From: Camelus ferus
Lineage: Eukaryota
Assembly: GCF_009834535.1 (NCBI RefSeq)
Contig: NC_045697.1
Coordinates: 21,206,001 to 21,270,000 of the forward strand
DNA: 64,000 nt
Direction: 5' to 3'
Shown: piece after piece, positions 11,691 through 25,684 of the stretch
Layout: every line of letters begins with the position of its first letter
How positions within the stretch are numbered: the first letter of the stretch is position 1
The notes under the pieces: generated by a model
The model's database searches: none
Seen by the model: only the letters and a program-made list of their open reading frames with translations
Told to the model about the DNA's origin: nothing
Made by a program: the position numbers and the translations under genes

Positions 11691-14600
11691 TTTTGTGCTC
11701 CCATGTTCCTCTGTCTCAACTTAATGTGGCAACACTGAGGTCAGTCTAGAATCAATCTCTCTCCCTTGCTTGCTCACTTGCTATCTCTGATTTTGATATC
11801 TGCTTGAAAGCTAGTACATTCTCTCCTTAGTTCATCTTTCTTATACTCATTGGTGAAAATGGAGAAGAATACTTAAAACACATGGACATGAATTGCTATT
11901 TTAACTAGATGAAAAATAATTAAATATTTTAAAACTAATCACAGGGGTACCATTTGTCTTCTTTTTGAGTCAAATCTGAAAAAGAGGAATACCATAAAAT
12001 AAAACAGTTGTCATGTACAAGTGGTCAAAACTGAACTTTTTAAAAGTTATTAGTGGTCAAGGATTATCAAGTATATCAATCAATATATAATTTTATTCAT
12101 ATTTATACTTAGTTTTATAGGATGACCTTTTATTCTTTGTGGTCTGATGGCAGATTTATTAGTTATCTGTAATGTTTAAATAATTTCAAGATTTTTAGGT
12201 CTTATATATTAACACAAAAGTGAAACTTCAGACATTAAACACACTTACATTTTTATGGCTAATTCTACTAATTTAAAATATTGTTATTACCAGACACTTA
12301 AATTCTAGGTCAATTGATTTTTGAGGAATAGTTTCCATAACATTAATTCTTTGCTTTTAAAAAAAGTTCATTTTCTTATTGAACACTTGTATTTTAATTA
12401 CTTTCTTCAAATTAGGTGGATACTTCATGATTATTATATTTACTTTTACAAAATTAGAAGTTTCATATTCTTATTTGCATATTCCAATATCTAAATCACT
12501 AGTTTATATTCCATAAGTTCCAGAGACAAAATTTTATGGTGCTATATGTACAAATTATACTAACAAATAATTTTTGTTGAATTAGTTGTCTTTTTCATTC
12601 TAATACATTAATATTCCTTTCTTTACTAACTTGTTTGAGAAGCAAAATCTTATGCTAGCATACACAGAAGGCATGAAGGCTAAGAAGGTCTTTGAAGAAT
12701 GTATTAAATTTTGAAAACTGACACTTTTGTAAAAACAACAAAGGCACCTTACATTTTTTACTTTAATAAGAGAAGGGATGATATTTTATTTTAGTTATGA
12801 AGGACTAATAACAATTATTATCCAACCAAATGCAATAAAATTCCTGTGTATCAACCATGGATATATAGCTGAATTAAAATGTTTCCTCATTCTGTGTGAT
12901 AAAAAAATAGTATCATAAAATTATTATAGCATAGATTTATCAAATGCATTTCTAATCTTAATGACCTTTGTGGTACGCATAGTAGGTATGTTTAATAAGC
13001 AAATATTTAGCTACGACCTACAAACACATACTCTCCCATGCTGGTTCCCTCCTAACACTTTGTGAAGAAAGCAGAAAACCCTTGTTCTCACTTTTATTTG
13101 GTTAACAGAAAAATCATTCTTCATGGTGGGGGTGTTATATATAGGTAGCCTTACCACCATATATTTATTTATTAAATATATATTCATATACTTATCATAT
13201 ATACTTTCCGAGTTCAAGTGTTACAGTGTCTTTATAAAAGAAACTTAATTTGCAAAACCATTCTATAATTGAAAGTCATGATATAAAACTGATTTGTTCA
13301 ATAAAGATTTTCAATATAGACAGTAGATCACAGTGAAAAATGTTAACTGTATAACTCAGTTCCATTGTTCTATAATAGTGATTATTAGCAGTTTGTTTCT
13401 GTGGCAAGAAATTGTGGGAAAAATCATATATACTGTACAATGACTATATTTTTAACAATAAATGATTAAATGAAATGCATGCTTTGATAACTTTGGCTTT
13501 TCAGGGGATGATGAACTGGGAGGAAACAACCCTACTGTAGAGTGACTTTCACACACTACTACTGCCAGAGTCATGCATGAGTGGGATGCACCTATTATAA
13601 TTGGTGAAATTTGTTCAGGAATAGCTCTCAGCATGAAATGAGAAAGTTGATGGTTTACTGTAAGTGGGAACCAGAAGTGATTAAAAGATTTAATAACAAA
13701 GAGTCTAATTATGTTTAATTGTCTCTGCAAGTCAAAGAAGTCCTTTTGTGGATAGTGTTGCTCCCAAATAAACACTGCTTTAGGTGAGTGGAACCTGAGT
13801 CCCTGAATGGAATCGTGGGTCTTTATTTCCTCTAATATTTGTGCTCTCATGACTTCCCTTAATGCCAGTCCCACAAAATGAATTAACTTATGATAGATGT
13901 TCCTAATGACTATTTCAGTCTTCCTGGATATACCTATACTGTCATATCCCAGACTTTTTTTTCCCATATCTGTCCCTTTATCATTGCACTAAGCCATGTC
14001 TTGATGGCTTTTCAGCCGTTCTGACACTGTTTATCTGCACTCCCATCTATGGCTAATCATCTTGCTTCATGAATTCCAGGAGCTGCCCTCCTCAGCAGCT
14101 CACTCTACTCCCCTTACTGGCTCTGGTCATACTCTAATGGACATGAATCCTTTCAGGACCCAGTTGTTTTTTTAAGACTCGGCCATTTCACAAGGTACAA
14201 AAGGAGGAGCAAGAAACAAAGCAAATTGATGGCTGTGAGCACTGTAGATGTTAGACAGGATTAGATTGAAAGGAATTAAATTCCTAATTCTAACTGCCAC
14301 ATCATCAGTAAGGAATCGTTATTTATAATTTTTTTATCTAGTCATTTCAGAAATGGTAAGACTGTGTGCTAAGATGTGTTTGCATTCACTATGTTGATTA
14401 ATTCCCCCTTGTTAGAAAATGATGTTTATAACTTGGTAATAAGAGATAACAGTGAGAATATGAGCTATTTAATAATATACTTCCTTTGCCTGACTTTATA
14501 CCCAGATTAAGACTGGGTAATGAGAATATATTGCTAAAATGATAAGAGCATTACATCCTTCAAAATCTTGATGAACTCGATAAATATGATGTGAACTAGA

Positions 14601-15209
14601 AATTGTGAGCCATAAATGCTCACAGTAACATATTTGAAAAATACAGTGTTGTCTATTTGAAAGTAATCAATTTTCTCCTCTATTGATTGTGAATACTGAA
14701 TATCTAAAATTCAAACTTAGCTTGGAGGGAAATCAATAAACATATTTCTATTTAATTACACAAATAAACAGAATTGTTAAGAGAGTGGATGAGAACTCCT
14801 CCCTCTGATCTCACTACATGACAGTTCTGTCTACAAATGGAAATTTTATTCCCTTTAATTCATATATGCTTCCCAGAAGTCTCCATATTTCCCAGAATGT
14901 ACATTAGAGCTCTCAAGTGTATCAACAAAGATCTTTAAGCATTGCAAATTTTGATCCAGTTTTACTTTTCCAAATTTCTGGGAAAATGATTTCTACAAAG
15001 TAATCAGAGTATTTCATCTGAGACAATTTTGTTCTGAAACAAGGTGAAAAAATCTAAATTAAAATGAGAGGAGGAGAAAACCATTACCAGATTTCCTAAT
15101 GTCTTTCACCAGCCTTCAGCTAGTACAAAATGAGGCTTCATGTACACTAGAAAGGGATTCATGAGGACATGTGATCAACAGACAAAGAATGGAAATAAGA
15201 CTTTCTTCC

Positions 15210-15497
15210 TGCTTCGGAATGAATGTTTGTGTCCCCCAAAAATCCATGTGTTGTACTCTAATCTCCAATATAGGGCATTTGGAGCTGTGGCCTTTAGGAA
15301 GTAATTAGGTTTATATGAGTTCATGAGGGTGAAGGCCCCTAGATGGGATTAGTGGGGTTTTTTTGCATGTCTATGTAGGTTTTTAATTTAATTACTCATT
15401 TATTATTGAGGTATATTTTTATTGAATATAGTCAGTTTACAATGTTGTGTCAGTGTCTGATGTACAGCATAGTGATTCAGTTATATGTGTGTGTATA

Positions 15498-15535
<38 letters not shown>

Positions 15536-15850
15536 TCATTTTCACATTCTTTTTTCATTATAGGTTACTACAAGATGTTCAATATAGTTCCCTGTGCTGT
15601 ACAGAAGGAACTTGTTGATTGGGATTGGTGTTCTTTATAAGAAGATGAAGAGCCCAGAGCTGTCTCTGCATCTGCCATGTAAGATCCCAGCAAGAAGTTG
15701 GTTGTCTGCAAACCAGGAAGTGGGCTTCCACCAGTCACCACATCTGCTGGCACCTTGATCTTAGACTTCCCAGCCTCCAGAACTGTGAGAGGTAAATGTT
15801 TATTATTTAATCCATACACTTTATGGTCTTCATGTCCCAGCTGACTAGGA
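15210..15850 (+). mobile_element. MLT1A-type MaLR LTR split by an L1 insertion
   Basis: 'aatgtttgtgtccccc...ggcctttaggaagtaattagg' and 'gctggcaccttgatcttagacttcccagcctccagaactgtgaga'. Confidence 0.9.
15355..15619 (-). mobile_element. Cetartiodactyl-type L1 3' end nested in MLT1A, contains (CA)n
   Basis: 'tacagcatagtgattcagttata...ataggttactacaagat...atagttccctgtgct'. TSD tgggattagtg (15344-15354) / tgggattggtg (15620-15630). Confidence 0.85.
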
Positions 15851-16849
15851 AACCTCCCTGCTGGTTATAAAAGATGTAGTACTATGATTATTCAACCATA
15901 TTATTTTTAAAAAGAGGATACAAGTACTAAACTAACAATTTACTTTGTTCTCTATACCTCACATCCAGTTCATTCAAACAACATTTGAAATCTTGATTTT
16001 TTTCCTATCATTCTGTACTTTACTGTCACATCAAGGCTTCAAGAGACAGAATGAGCAAAAATGTGTCTATCATTTAGTCTTCACTACATGGTTCACAGTT
16101 TAGAATTGGTCTCTCCCTTACCATTCAATAGAAAAATCTCCATTTCCTCCAGATAAAATATAATTTTCTACTTTTCACTGCTGACAATGTTTTCTCCATT
16201 AGTTAAAAAAATGAGCATCCTTTCAGCTTATTAATTTATTACTTATTTTGGACAAGTGAACAAAATCTATCATTCTTGTTAATTTTGTGACATTCTTGAA
16301 AATGTAATGTGTATTACTATTCCTCTTCTTTTAAGTTGAAGATTATCTCATCCACCCTTCTCCTGTTTTTATTTATAAAGCAACTCTTAAATTTTACTTT
16401 CTCACTTCCTTACCTCTGAGGACATTTTTCAACTCAGTCTCACTAACTCTTATTTATTGGTTAATAACTATGAACCAAAAACTCTATTAAGATGACAGGA
16501 ATTCATAGTCATCAAAATAAAAGAGGATTACATTCATGAAGTACACGCCTGGGGTTGAGGAGGAGAGATATGAAAAAATCAGTTACCTAACAAATATATA
16601 AAATACAACCTTTAAAAAAATAATTAAAGAAAAACATCAAGAAGCAGAGTGACTGGAGTGGAATGCCAACCTACAAAAATAAGGCTTCCTTTTTATTTTT
16701 TGAAGGTTTCCAATATAGCAGCAATATAGCAGATTATCTCCCCTTTATCTTCCTGCATAATGTATATCAAATGGGAACATGCAAACTACTTTGATAGGGA
16801 AAGTACAAGCCATGGAGGAAATAAACCAAGTTGAACAAAAGAGGTCATT

Positions 16850-16970
16850 AGGAGTCAGAAGAACTACATGCTGACTAAACTTAGATCTGGCACTAACATA
16901 CTGATTTGCGCAAATCATTTGACCTCTTGATTCTATTTCTTAACTTGTCAAATGAGTAAGGTATTCTAGG
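16850..16970 (+). mobile_element. MIR fragment
   Basis: 'ggagtcagaag...gcaaatcatttgacctcttg...ttcttaacttgtcaaatgag'. Confidence 0.55.
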
Positions 16971-17799
16971 TTAGTGTTTTCAAACTGTGCTTCACACAAG
17001 CCCTTAGTTTTGAAGCTGAATGTTGTTTTATTTAGGTGGTGATGGTGGTGGGCGGGGGATGACCAGTTTACCAGATAACCCTCTGATGTATGTCAGATTA
17101 GCTCTGTTTATAGATACTATATGTTTAGTGTAGGCACTATATGTATACATTTAACTGAAAACATTTTTAATGCTGAAGTAAAATCTTTATACCACTTTAA
17201 ATTCTAATGTTCCATGATGCGATCACTTTCAGTATGAAGAGATCGGCGTGAACATTTACTTTTTGCCTCTGTTTTCCACGTAACATCCACCACATTTCCT
17301 TACCTTCTTCTATTACTGACCTACTGTGTGCTAACATTTTTAGCATAAAAATATTCCAAGAGTATGCTGTAAATTCTATCAATAGAGCAGACAATATGCT
17401 TTGATTTTCTTAGAAAAAAACCCTAAACTTGCAGTCCCAGAGAAAACACAAAGATGTATTATCTGCAAAGGCTCAAAAAAATTCTTTAAGATGGAGGCAA
17501 GAGAAATATCTTTCCAGTCTTGACAACCTATATCATGAACAGTACAGACCTAGGAGTCAAGGTGGGAAGGGGTGGGGGTGGGGAGCAAGACGGCTGAAGA
17601 GTATAAAATAAACAAAAAAGAAAAGGAAAGTAGACATAGTTGACAGTCCAAATGATACTGGCTCCACGTGTTAAGAAAGGCCATTAGAGGAAATTCTAAG
17701 TGTATTCTTGGTAAGATGTAGGAAAGACTGTATTCTTTTTGATGATGGACTGTACCTACATGTCCGTTCAGATATTTTGAAGAAATATAGAAGGGCTAC

Positions 17800-19115
17800 A
17801 CATTTTTTGAGCATTCAATAAACACTGACCAGGTACTATGATAGATAGACTGGCAACACAGCTATTAAAAATATATTTGAATTCCACCCACAAAAGCTAA
17901 TCATCTAGAACTGTGTTTTACATTAGCCACTAGCTTATATGGTTATTTTAAATTAAATTAATTAAAATAAGTAAAATTAGTAATGCAGGTTATTGGTCAT
18001 ACTATATGACTATATCAAAGGTTTACCAATCACTTGTGCCCAGTACCTGCTGTTTTGAACAGCCCAGATTATGGAATATTTCCATCATTACAGTAAGATG
18101 TATTAAATATCAATGGAGTAAAAGACAATACAGGAATGAAATTCAAAGTTGCAGTTGTAATTAACACATTAAAATAGAAAGATTGGACATTTGGGGAGTA
18201 TGGTAGCGGTCTTAAGAGAATTTAATTTATCTGTAGCTGGTATGAGTAGGAAAAATAATATATAAAAAGAAATCTTCCTTAAGAAAATTATATTTAAGAT
18301 AAAACTAAAAGTGCTAGTTTGTATAAGATTGGGGTATAAAGATTAAATGGCAGTAGTATAAAATATCACTGGCAGAGAAAACAGAACATGCAGTTCTATA
18401 ATTAGTGGACTCAACAAAGTAGAAGAGTGGCAAGAAATATTCCAAATCATCTTGGGGAATCAAAACTGTCAAAAATCAAGCATTTTACAGTGTATCGGAA
18501 AAAGCACTCAAATGACTACAGAGATTAAATAGAGTAATGTCTAAACAGTATTACACCTTTAGAACTATCCGTGGCAGTAAAGAATAATGAGGTGGCCAAA
18601 TACGGCCTTGGAGGTTATGTGAAAGGTAATTGCTTTACTCTATTAGAAAAATAATGCTCCTTTCGTCAAAGATGATAAAAACTGTGACTGCAAGATAAAT
18701 CTGAATCCCCAACATTTATTGAAAATTTGGATTTGGAAGGTGAGGGAGCAAAGGACTGTCCAGCTGATCCATTGACTGACAAGTGTTTTAAGACACCAGG
18801 CTAGAATGGCATGTTACACAGCAATCATTAACTGATACAGTACTACTGAAATGGAGAGCAATAGATGAAAGTTTTTTTGATAATTATTTAAATATATTGA
18901 TCCTACATTTGAAATTTCTATCAGACATTGAAATGCATGTCTTGTGTTAAGTGCTGGAAGCTGGAAGAAAGGTCTATTGTTGAAATATACATTTGAGAGA
19001 TAGCTATATGTAGAAAGTATTTGAAATCTTGGGGAGAGAATGAGATTTCCTAGGGAGAAAATATAGCATGAGAAGAGAGGCCCCAAAATAGAAGTCCTGA
19101 GCACCTTTAATACTT
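17800..19115 (-). mobile_element. Fragmented L2 LINE interrupted by MER3
   Basis: Antisense L2 text such as 'gaatgagatttcctagggagaaaatatagcatgagaagagagg' and 'atttgagagatagctatatgtagaaagtatttgaaatc'. Confidence 0.65.
17907..18115 (-). mobile_element. MER3-like hAT-Charlie MITE
   Basis: 'tagccactagcttatatggttattttaaattaaattaattaaaat...ggaatatttccatcattacag'. Confidence 0.8.
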
Positions 19116-22100
19116 AATTGAAACTATGTTGTAGACCCTGGGTGGTCAATGTTCTTCAGAAAGCAGGCTTACGTGAAGGAGCTACGTTCCCGTGGAAATA
19201 GTCACAGACCTCAAATCTTCATTCAAATGGAGAATGGGAAGCTGAAAGCACAGCAAGAAAGAAAAAGACCCAACTGAATATTTTTATTTTACATAAAAAT
19301 TCTTATCAATGTCAAACTTATAGTGTACTGTTCAACAAATGCAAATGCTGCTAATTTCTGCTCTTAAATATAATAAAAGATTGTGACAAAAATGTAACTG
19401 TGATTTTTCAAGGGGAAGGAATCAACAGCTTTTATCTTAGCTTTGAATATTTTTAAATTTCCCTCTGGTTCTCTTGACCTCTTTTAGCTATTAGAAATTC
19501 AATCACTGATGATTATTTTAAAGGAAAGAAACCGATGATCTCTGCTTTAATATTTCTTAAGCACTTTCATTCTGCTTCTTTGTGAGCTAGAAAACCTTAA
19601 AGGTGACTCTTTGCCTGAGATTTACCATAAAAAAAGAAAGAAAAATAAAACTATTAAATGTTGAGATGGCACAGTAAATGATGATGAAGTATTATCAGTT
19701 AAATTTTGAACTGGTCTTGAGAGCTAGAGCTTTCAAAAATATATATTATGGAAAGAAGGAATATAAATCAAATGTATGTGATTTATTTATGTAGAAATTT
19801 AAGCTTTATATAAAATAGGCTGTAAGGTGAACACATTTTGTCTTGATCTACAAGTCGAGGAAGTATTCAGTATCTTTATAGACAACAATGCAAATTAAAA
19901 CAACCTAGATATATGGAATACCATATCATTGCATGAATTTTTATTTGAATATTCAATTACTTGATTATAATTATTATTTTGAAATAATGATGAACTTAAT
20001 TTAATAGTAAATTATTTTAAATGTTTATGTACCTTTTTAAAATACCAATCTATACTTTTAGTTGAGCACAAAATGGAATTCTTTGAGATGTTTGCATTAG
20101 TTTCAAAATGCATTTTTGGCACCTCAGAATGAAAATGTTTGCATATAATTGGATATTTCATGTATTGCCCTAAATCTCCTCCTTTGATTTTAAATTGCTT
20201 GCCTTTTAGCAAACATAACAGTTAACACTAGAGCAACAATTGATGTTGAACATTGAATTCTAAATAAAATTTTAAATTCTTGGGGAATTTAACTTGTGAG
20301 TATGATAAAAAGTGGACAGTGATTTTGCATATGTGAAGTGTGAGGGTGAAGGAGAAAGCTTTGCAAAGCTGTCTAAAGATCTTCTGTGCATTACTGTCAA
20401 AGGAATACATACATGCATAAATCAGAGTATTTATGTAATAGAAAATGGCATAGATTATCAGTCACATATATATTCTTTAACTGTGACCTTTATAAAGATT
20501 TCAAAGTAGATTGAGGTGAATTCCTAAACCCACATCTTCTTAGCAGGACTATATAAACCATATTCTATGTAGTTGTATCAATGATATTATTTAAAGATTT
20601 TATTCCGGGCTCTGATATTAATTTCCAAGTGATCTAATTGAACTACACTAAGAAATAGGCAAGGGAAAAAAAATTTTATTAGATACAGGTATGTCTCTGA
20701 AAGCTTTGGGTTTTGTCCCTTATTTGACACAACTTATTTTTGCATCTTTCGGGGCAGTTATTAAGCTTTAAGCTTTGCTTATTGTTATCTCAGATAAGAG
20801 CCTTTAAGAATGGAGCTTTGTATGGGAGTCTCCTCCTCCTTCTATTGTGTACTTGCAGGATGCTCTCAGGGTGAGCAGGGACTCAGTTCCCCTCTGGTCT
20901 CCTCTGAGGCTCCAGTGTTTACCTATCCTCTCTTCACTTGGAAATTTGTTTTTGAAATGCAGTAAAATGGGGGGTATTTAAAACTTTTTCTACGCTACTT
21001 TATGTTTAGAGTTTCTTCTAAAAACAGATTATCAAATACGCAGGGTCAAGAGCATTCAAAACATTCTGGGAATGCCACTGGGGGGAAAAAATCCCTCCCT
21101 CAGAAACAGCTCAGGAAAATAGTTATTTAATAACTTTTTACACAATATTATACAAAGTACACAAAATTATAATATAATTCCATAAAATATGAGCTTCTTT
21201 ATTTTCTTGGTTGTTTTAAGGGAAATGTGTAGGAGGGATTTTCCAATGTTCCCTGACACCTCCATGTCATATAATACCTGATGGATTTTAAACTAAGCAA
21301 TGTCACTAAAGCAAGTATAATGCTTCCATGGGTACACGGTGAAGCTCAAGAATTACGTCTTTGACTGTGAGCAGAATTCAATTTTCTACCCTAATGGGCA
21401 GCTTAGACTGCCCTGCTCAGTGTAGAGGCTTTGTAGAATTTTTTTTTAATTAAAAATAGTAGCTGAAGAATAATGGATAAGAATTAGTCTGGTCTTGGTT
21501 CTTTTACAATGGTAATTTGTGATAAACTACTTTGAGGTCTGCAGTCCAAATGAAATTCAGCTATGATGAGAAACAGTTGCCTTGAGTGTATTCCAAGTCC
21601 AATCAGCTTGTTTCTCTACATTTTGGTCATTTTCTAACTCAGTTATCAATTCCACAGCTTCATTATCCAAATTTGCTTTCACTCTGTTTGTCAATCATGT
21701 TCACTTTTTTCTTCAAAGTTGCAGCTCATAACTACACCCATCACTCTTCTTCTCCTTACATCTTATTTCTTCTCTCACTTCTGCCAATTTTTCCACAGTT
21801 GCCCTCATTTGCACTATTTTAAATTACATGATGCATCTTTCCCTGAACTGTGACTAACAGAGCATTAAAATTATTTGTAAACTTTTTGTCTTATTTAAAA
21901 TTACGAATCCCTTTTAAAAATTTGAATCATGGGATATTAAAACATTTTTTTCTTATTTGTTTATTATCTGTATTTAAAAGTACTAATTACCAAAATTGCT
22001 CTTCTGTGTGAAGGAAAAACAGTGTGCAGTGCTCCGATTTTTTTTCACCCTGGTTTTGAATCCTCTCCTGGAATAGCCAGTACACTAAGGAATGGTTTAC

Positions 22101-22499
22101 ATCTTACCAGCTTTGTCCAATTTTTTTGAACTTCAGCCAGTTTTTTGAGTTACTGGAGGGAGTATTTACTTCCTCCAAGAAACATCTTTGGAGAAAGAGA
22201 AGGAGAAGAATTTCAGGACGTCAGTAAAACTACTGGCATGAAGCACCTAAGCATGACCCTTTGTGGAAAGATTACACTTGCTATAAATAAGTAGAGTTTT
22301 ACTCACACTGACCAAATCATAGAAGGAGGAGCTACCACTGACATAGGTGATTTGGTTCAAGCTAAACATAACAGGCATCAGATCTAATGCAGTCCCTATA
22401 CTGTAGACCCTATGTTTTAGCATACAGTCTGCTACTCAGGGATGCTGGTTCATTAATTGGACAAGATTGAGCTTCTTTTACTATCACATTATTTGTGCT

Positions 22500-22900
22500 A
22501 ATTATTGCAATGATACTTGCTGCAACAGATAAACCACAAACTCTTCAGTCAGTGGAAACAGTATCTTGCTCTCGTAAAGTGTAAAACAGGTGCGGCATGA
22601 CCAGTGAGTGGGGGGGGGGGCTCCCCTGTAAGCAGTGACTGAAAACAGCAGGGAACTTCCACCTGTGGTTCCTCCACCCTCACCATGTGGTTTCCATGTT
22701 TATCAAGATGGTTTGCATTAAGACTCAGAAAAGGAAAGAGCGAAGTATCAAGTTTTGGATGTGAGCCCACTTCATTTTGTTGGATCTCAGGTACAAATGG
22801 CTCAAGTTAAGTGCAAGAACCAGCAGGCAATTTAATCTAGCTGAATACCCCAAAAGAAGTGGGGGTGGTGAGCAGCTAGTTGCTCTGTGCCACAACGTCT
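22500..22900 (-). mobile_element. Old MaLR LTR (MLT1J/K/L-like)
   Basis: 'ttgctgcaacagataaaccacaaactc...cagtgactg...ttccacctgtggttcctccaccctc'. Confidence 0.5.
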
Positions 22901-23526
22901 GTAACTGCACAAGTGTTGGAAATGGAGAGAGAAAACTTATTGAGCCCACACTCTGGGAAGGGTTATTTTTTTCCCTAAAATATTTAGAAATAATTACTTA
23001 TATAAATCATGTGGTTGAGTGACATTAGACACGTTTCATAAGATTAAGTAAAATTGGCCATTAAATTGAGTTGCGAGAACTTCAGGCAAGCCGCCAGCTA
23101 GGCAATCAGTTAATTCAACTTTTAAATGTAGTATGTTTGGAAAGAAGTGTTCAACGCTGATGTGTAGCCTCTGAGGAAATGCCTCTTTGAAAATATTAGC
23201 ACTTGGCTTAAAATCTCATGCATGTGTATGTGAGGGAGGCATCGGGGGCTGTGGGAGATTAGGTCAGGGATGAATACTAAATAAATACATTTAGCTCAAA
23301 ATATTGATCTGGAAATATTGTAGAATGTCTATAAAATATTTTAAAATATGTGATTACATGATTATTTTTATTTCATGCTATCTTATTGCTATAATTTTCA
23401 AATCATTTCTAATGTAGAAAGAAACCACAGAATTGGGATCTGAGGGTAAATATCATTGCCTTATAACATTGGCTATTGAAAGATAAGAGTAAATAATAAA
23501 GCCGGATAAATTCATAAAAATGGCAT

Positions 23527-24132
23527 TGTGGGAAGAATGTTTCCTCCGTCCCCCTTCTCCCCACCTACCTCCACCTGGGAAGACGTCCACGGAAACCATG
23601 AATATATTACACAATATGTCAGAAAGAGCTTTGCAGATAAAATCAAGGTTACAGACTTTAAAAAAGAGAAATAATACTGGATTTTCCAGCAAGACCCAAT
23701 CTATGCACATTAGCTCTTAAAGGCAATGGTTCTCACTGCTTAGAGTGCTGAAGAAAATGTGGCTGCAGGGAAAGTCAGAGGGATTTGAAGACTGAGGACT
23801 CCCGCCACCTTTGCTGGGTGGAAAACACTAGAAGGAATTGGTGCTGTACGTGAACAAAGACTGTCTTGTTGCAGACCACACAAAAACTGCCAGGAACTAA
23901 ATTCAGCCAACCATGAACATGTCTGAAAGCAGATTTTCCCCTAGAGCCTCCAGAACATAATACAGCCCTGCCTATACCCTGAGTTCTGCCTGGTGAGATA
24001 CGGGACAGACACCAGACTGAGCCGTACTCTGCCTGGGCTTCGGACCTGCAGAACTGTGAGATGATAAATTTGTGTTGTTTTCATCCACAGAGCCTTTGTG
24101 ATTTGTTATGGAAGCAACGGAAAACTAAGGTA
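23527..24132 (+). mobile_element. MaLR LTR (MLT1E-like)
   Basis: 'ctttgcagataaaatcaaggttac', 'ccctagagcctccagaa', 'gacctgcagaactgtgagatgataaatttgtgttgtttt'. Confidence 0.85.
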
Positions 24133-25391
24133 ATTATGAAAAAAAAAAAAAAAAAAGAAAGACATAGTGAGGAAGATGGGTCTAATCTCATTTGTCCAAA
24201 AGGATTCCACATATCCACAGATGACATGCAAAGGCCACCAACACTGCTTATATGGTTCAGTGGAAATTTAGGCTGATATTTAAAAAACATAGTAATAGTA
24301 ATATAACTTCAAGCAGATTTATTAAGAGACAATATTGTTTTATTTTTCATATGGCTTAATTAAAAAAAGAAATCGAGTAAAATTTCACATTTTATTTCTT
24401 CATATAATTTCTCAGCCTTGGAAACCCAGTTAATTATTCTAAACTAGTTTGATTGGCACACATTTGGTAGATGCTTATTCTAGGTATTTTATTCAAAATA
24501 GTCTATTTCTCTCTGTTCCAAAAACATCTCATTTACAGCTTTTTTCTAGTGATCCAGTTTTTCTTTTTCTTTTGTTCCAGTTTTATTTAAGAAGATATTT
24601 TTGTTATGATTGCATGTATTTTTGTGTCTTCTTAAATTTTCATTACTTTCAAATTTTGCTGAGTTATTATCAGAGAATGTGACATTACAATGAAAACTTT
24701 TTCTGACATACATATTAATTATGTATATTATATGTATATAAATTAGCTAATTTAATTCAACTCTATACTTTAAAATGTATAAATTATCTTTTCTCATTTT
24801 AGGATGATGGTATTAAATTGGCACTTTACCTTTCTCCTGTAAATTGCATGGTAACAAGAAGAAAAAATTTTTAAATAAATAAAATTTATTTTTATGAAAC
24901 TACAAATGGCTTAAAATTCCAAATACCATATTTTTAAGGAAAGGATGGAAGAAAGGCTGAAAAAATTAAAAACAAAAAAAGCAGTAGAAACCAAAACAAC
25001 TATATGTGAGATGAAGACTAGACGGTGTCAAAGCTAGTCCTGTCAGAGATATCCAGAAACAAATACTTCTTGATGGTCAGGAGTACAGCCTGAGATACAA
25101 AACCTAAATGCCTTATTTGGGGAAGCAAGAATTGAAACATACATTCATAGCAGATGCTCCCCAGCCTCCTTGTTTATGAACAACAAGAGGGCAGACCTAA
25201 ATGAAGATTTACACAGGCAAGTTATAATTCCAGGAAGCTGCCTACCTCTGTGGCAATAGTGCCAGAGTAAGACTTCAAATTGTAAATACTCTTCAGTTGA
25301 ACATTGCTCTGAGGTGGAGAACAGTGCTGTCCAATTAAACTTACACACAATTCCATCTGTATAAGACTCATGTTTCAAAGATGAATAATGA

Positions 25392-25581
25392 GTCACTGAC
25401 ATAGGAAACACACTTACGGTTACCAAAGGAGATGGAAGGGAAAAGATAAATTAGGAATTTGGGATTGAAAGATACACACTACTATATATAAAACATAAAC
25501 TACAAAGACCTACTGTATAGCACAAGGAACTGTATTCAATATCTTGTAATAACCTGCAATGGAAAATAATCTGAAAAATTA

Positions 25582-25613
<32 letters not shown>

Positions 25614-25684
25614 ACTGAATCACTTAGCTGTACACCTGAAACTTTACAAATCAACTATACTTCAAATAAAAAAATAGATTAAAA
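25392..25684 (+). mobile_element. Cetartiodactyl-type L1 3' end with perfect 15-bp TSD
   Basis: 'ggttaccaaagg...gataaattaggaatttgggatt...cctactgtatagcacaaggaact'. TSD aaagatgaataatga at 25377-25391 and 25685-25699. Confidence 0.9.

Noticed and set aside
16972..17197. Possible hAT MITE (tagtgttttcaaactg...taccact)
   Set aside because: Termini are too degenerate to call without an alignment.
17304..17366. 63-nt open minus-strand exon (AYSWNIFMLKMLAHSRSVIEE)
   Set aside because: Good donor, but a weak pyrimidine tract with a competing AG and an unrecognised peptide.
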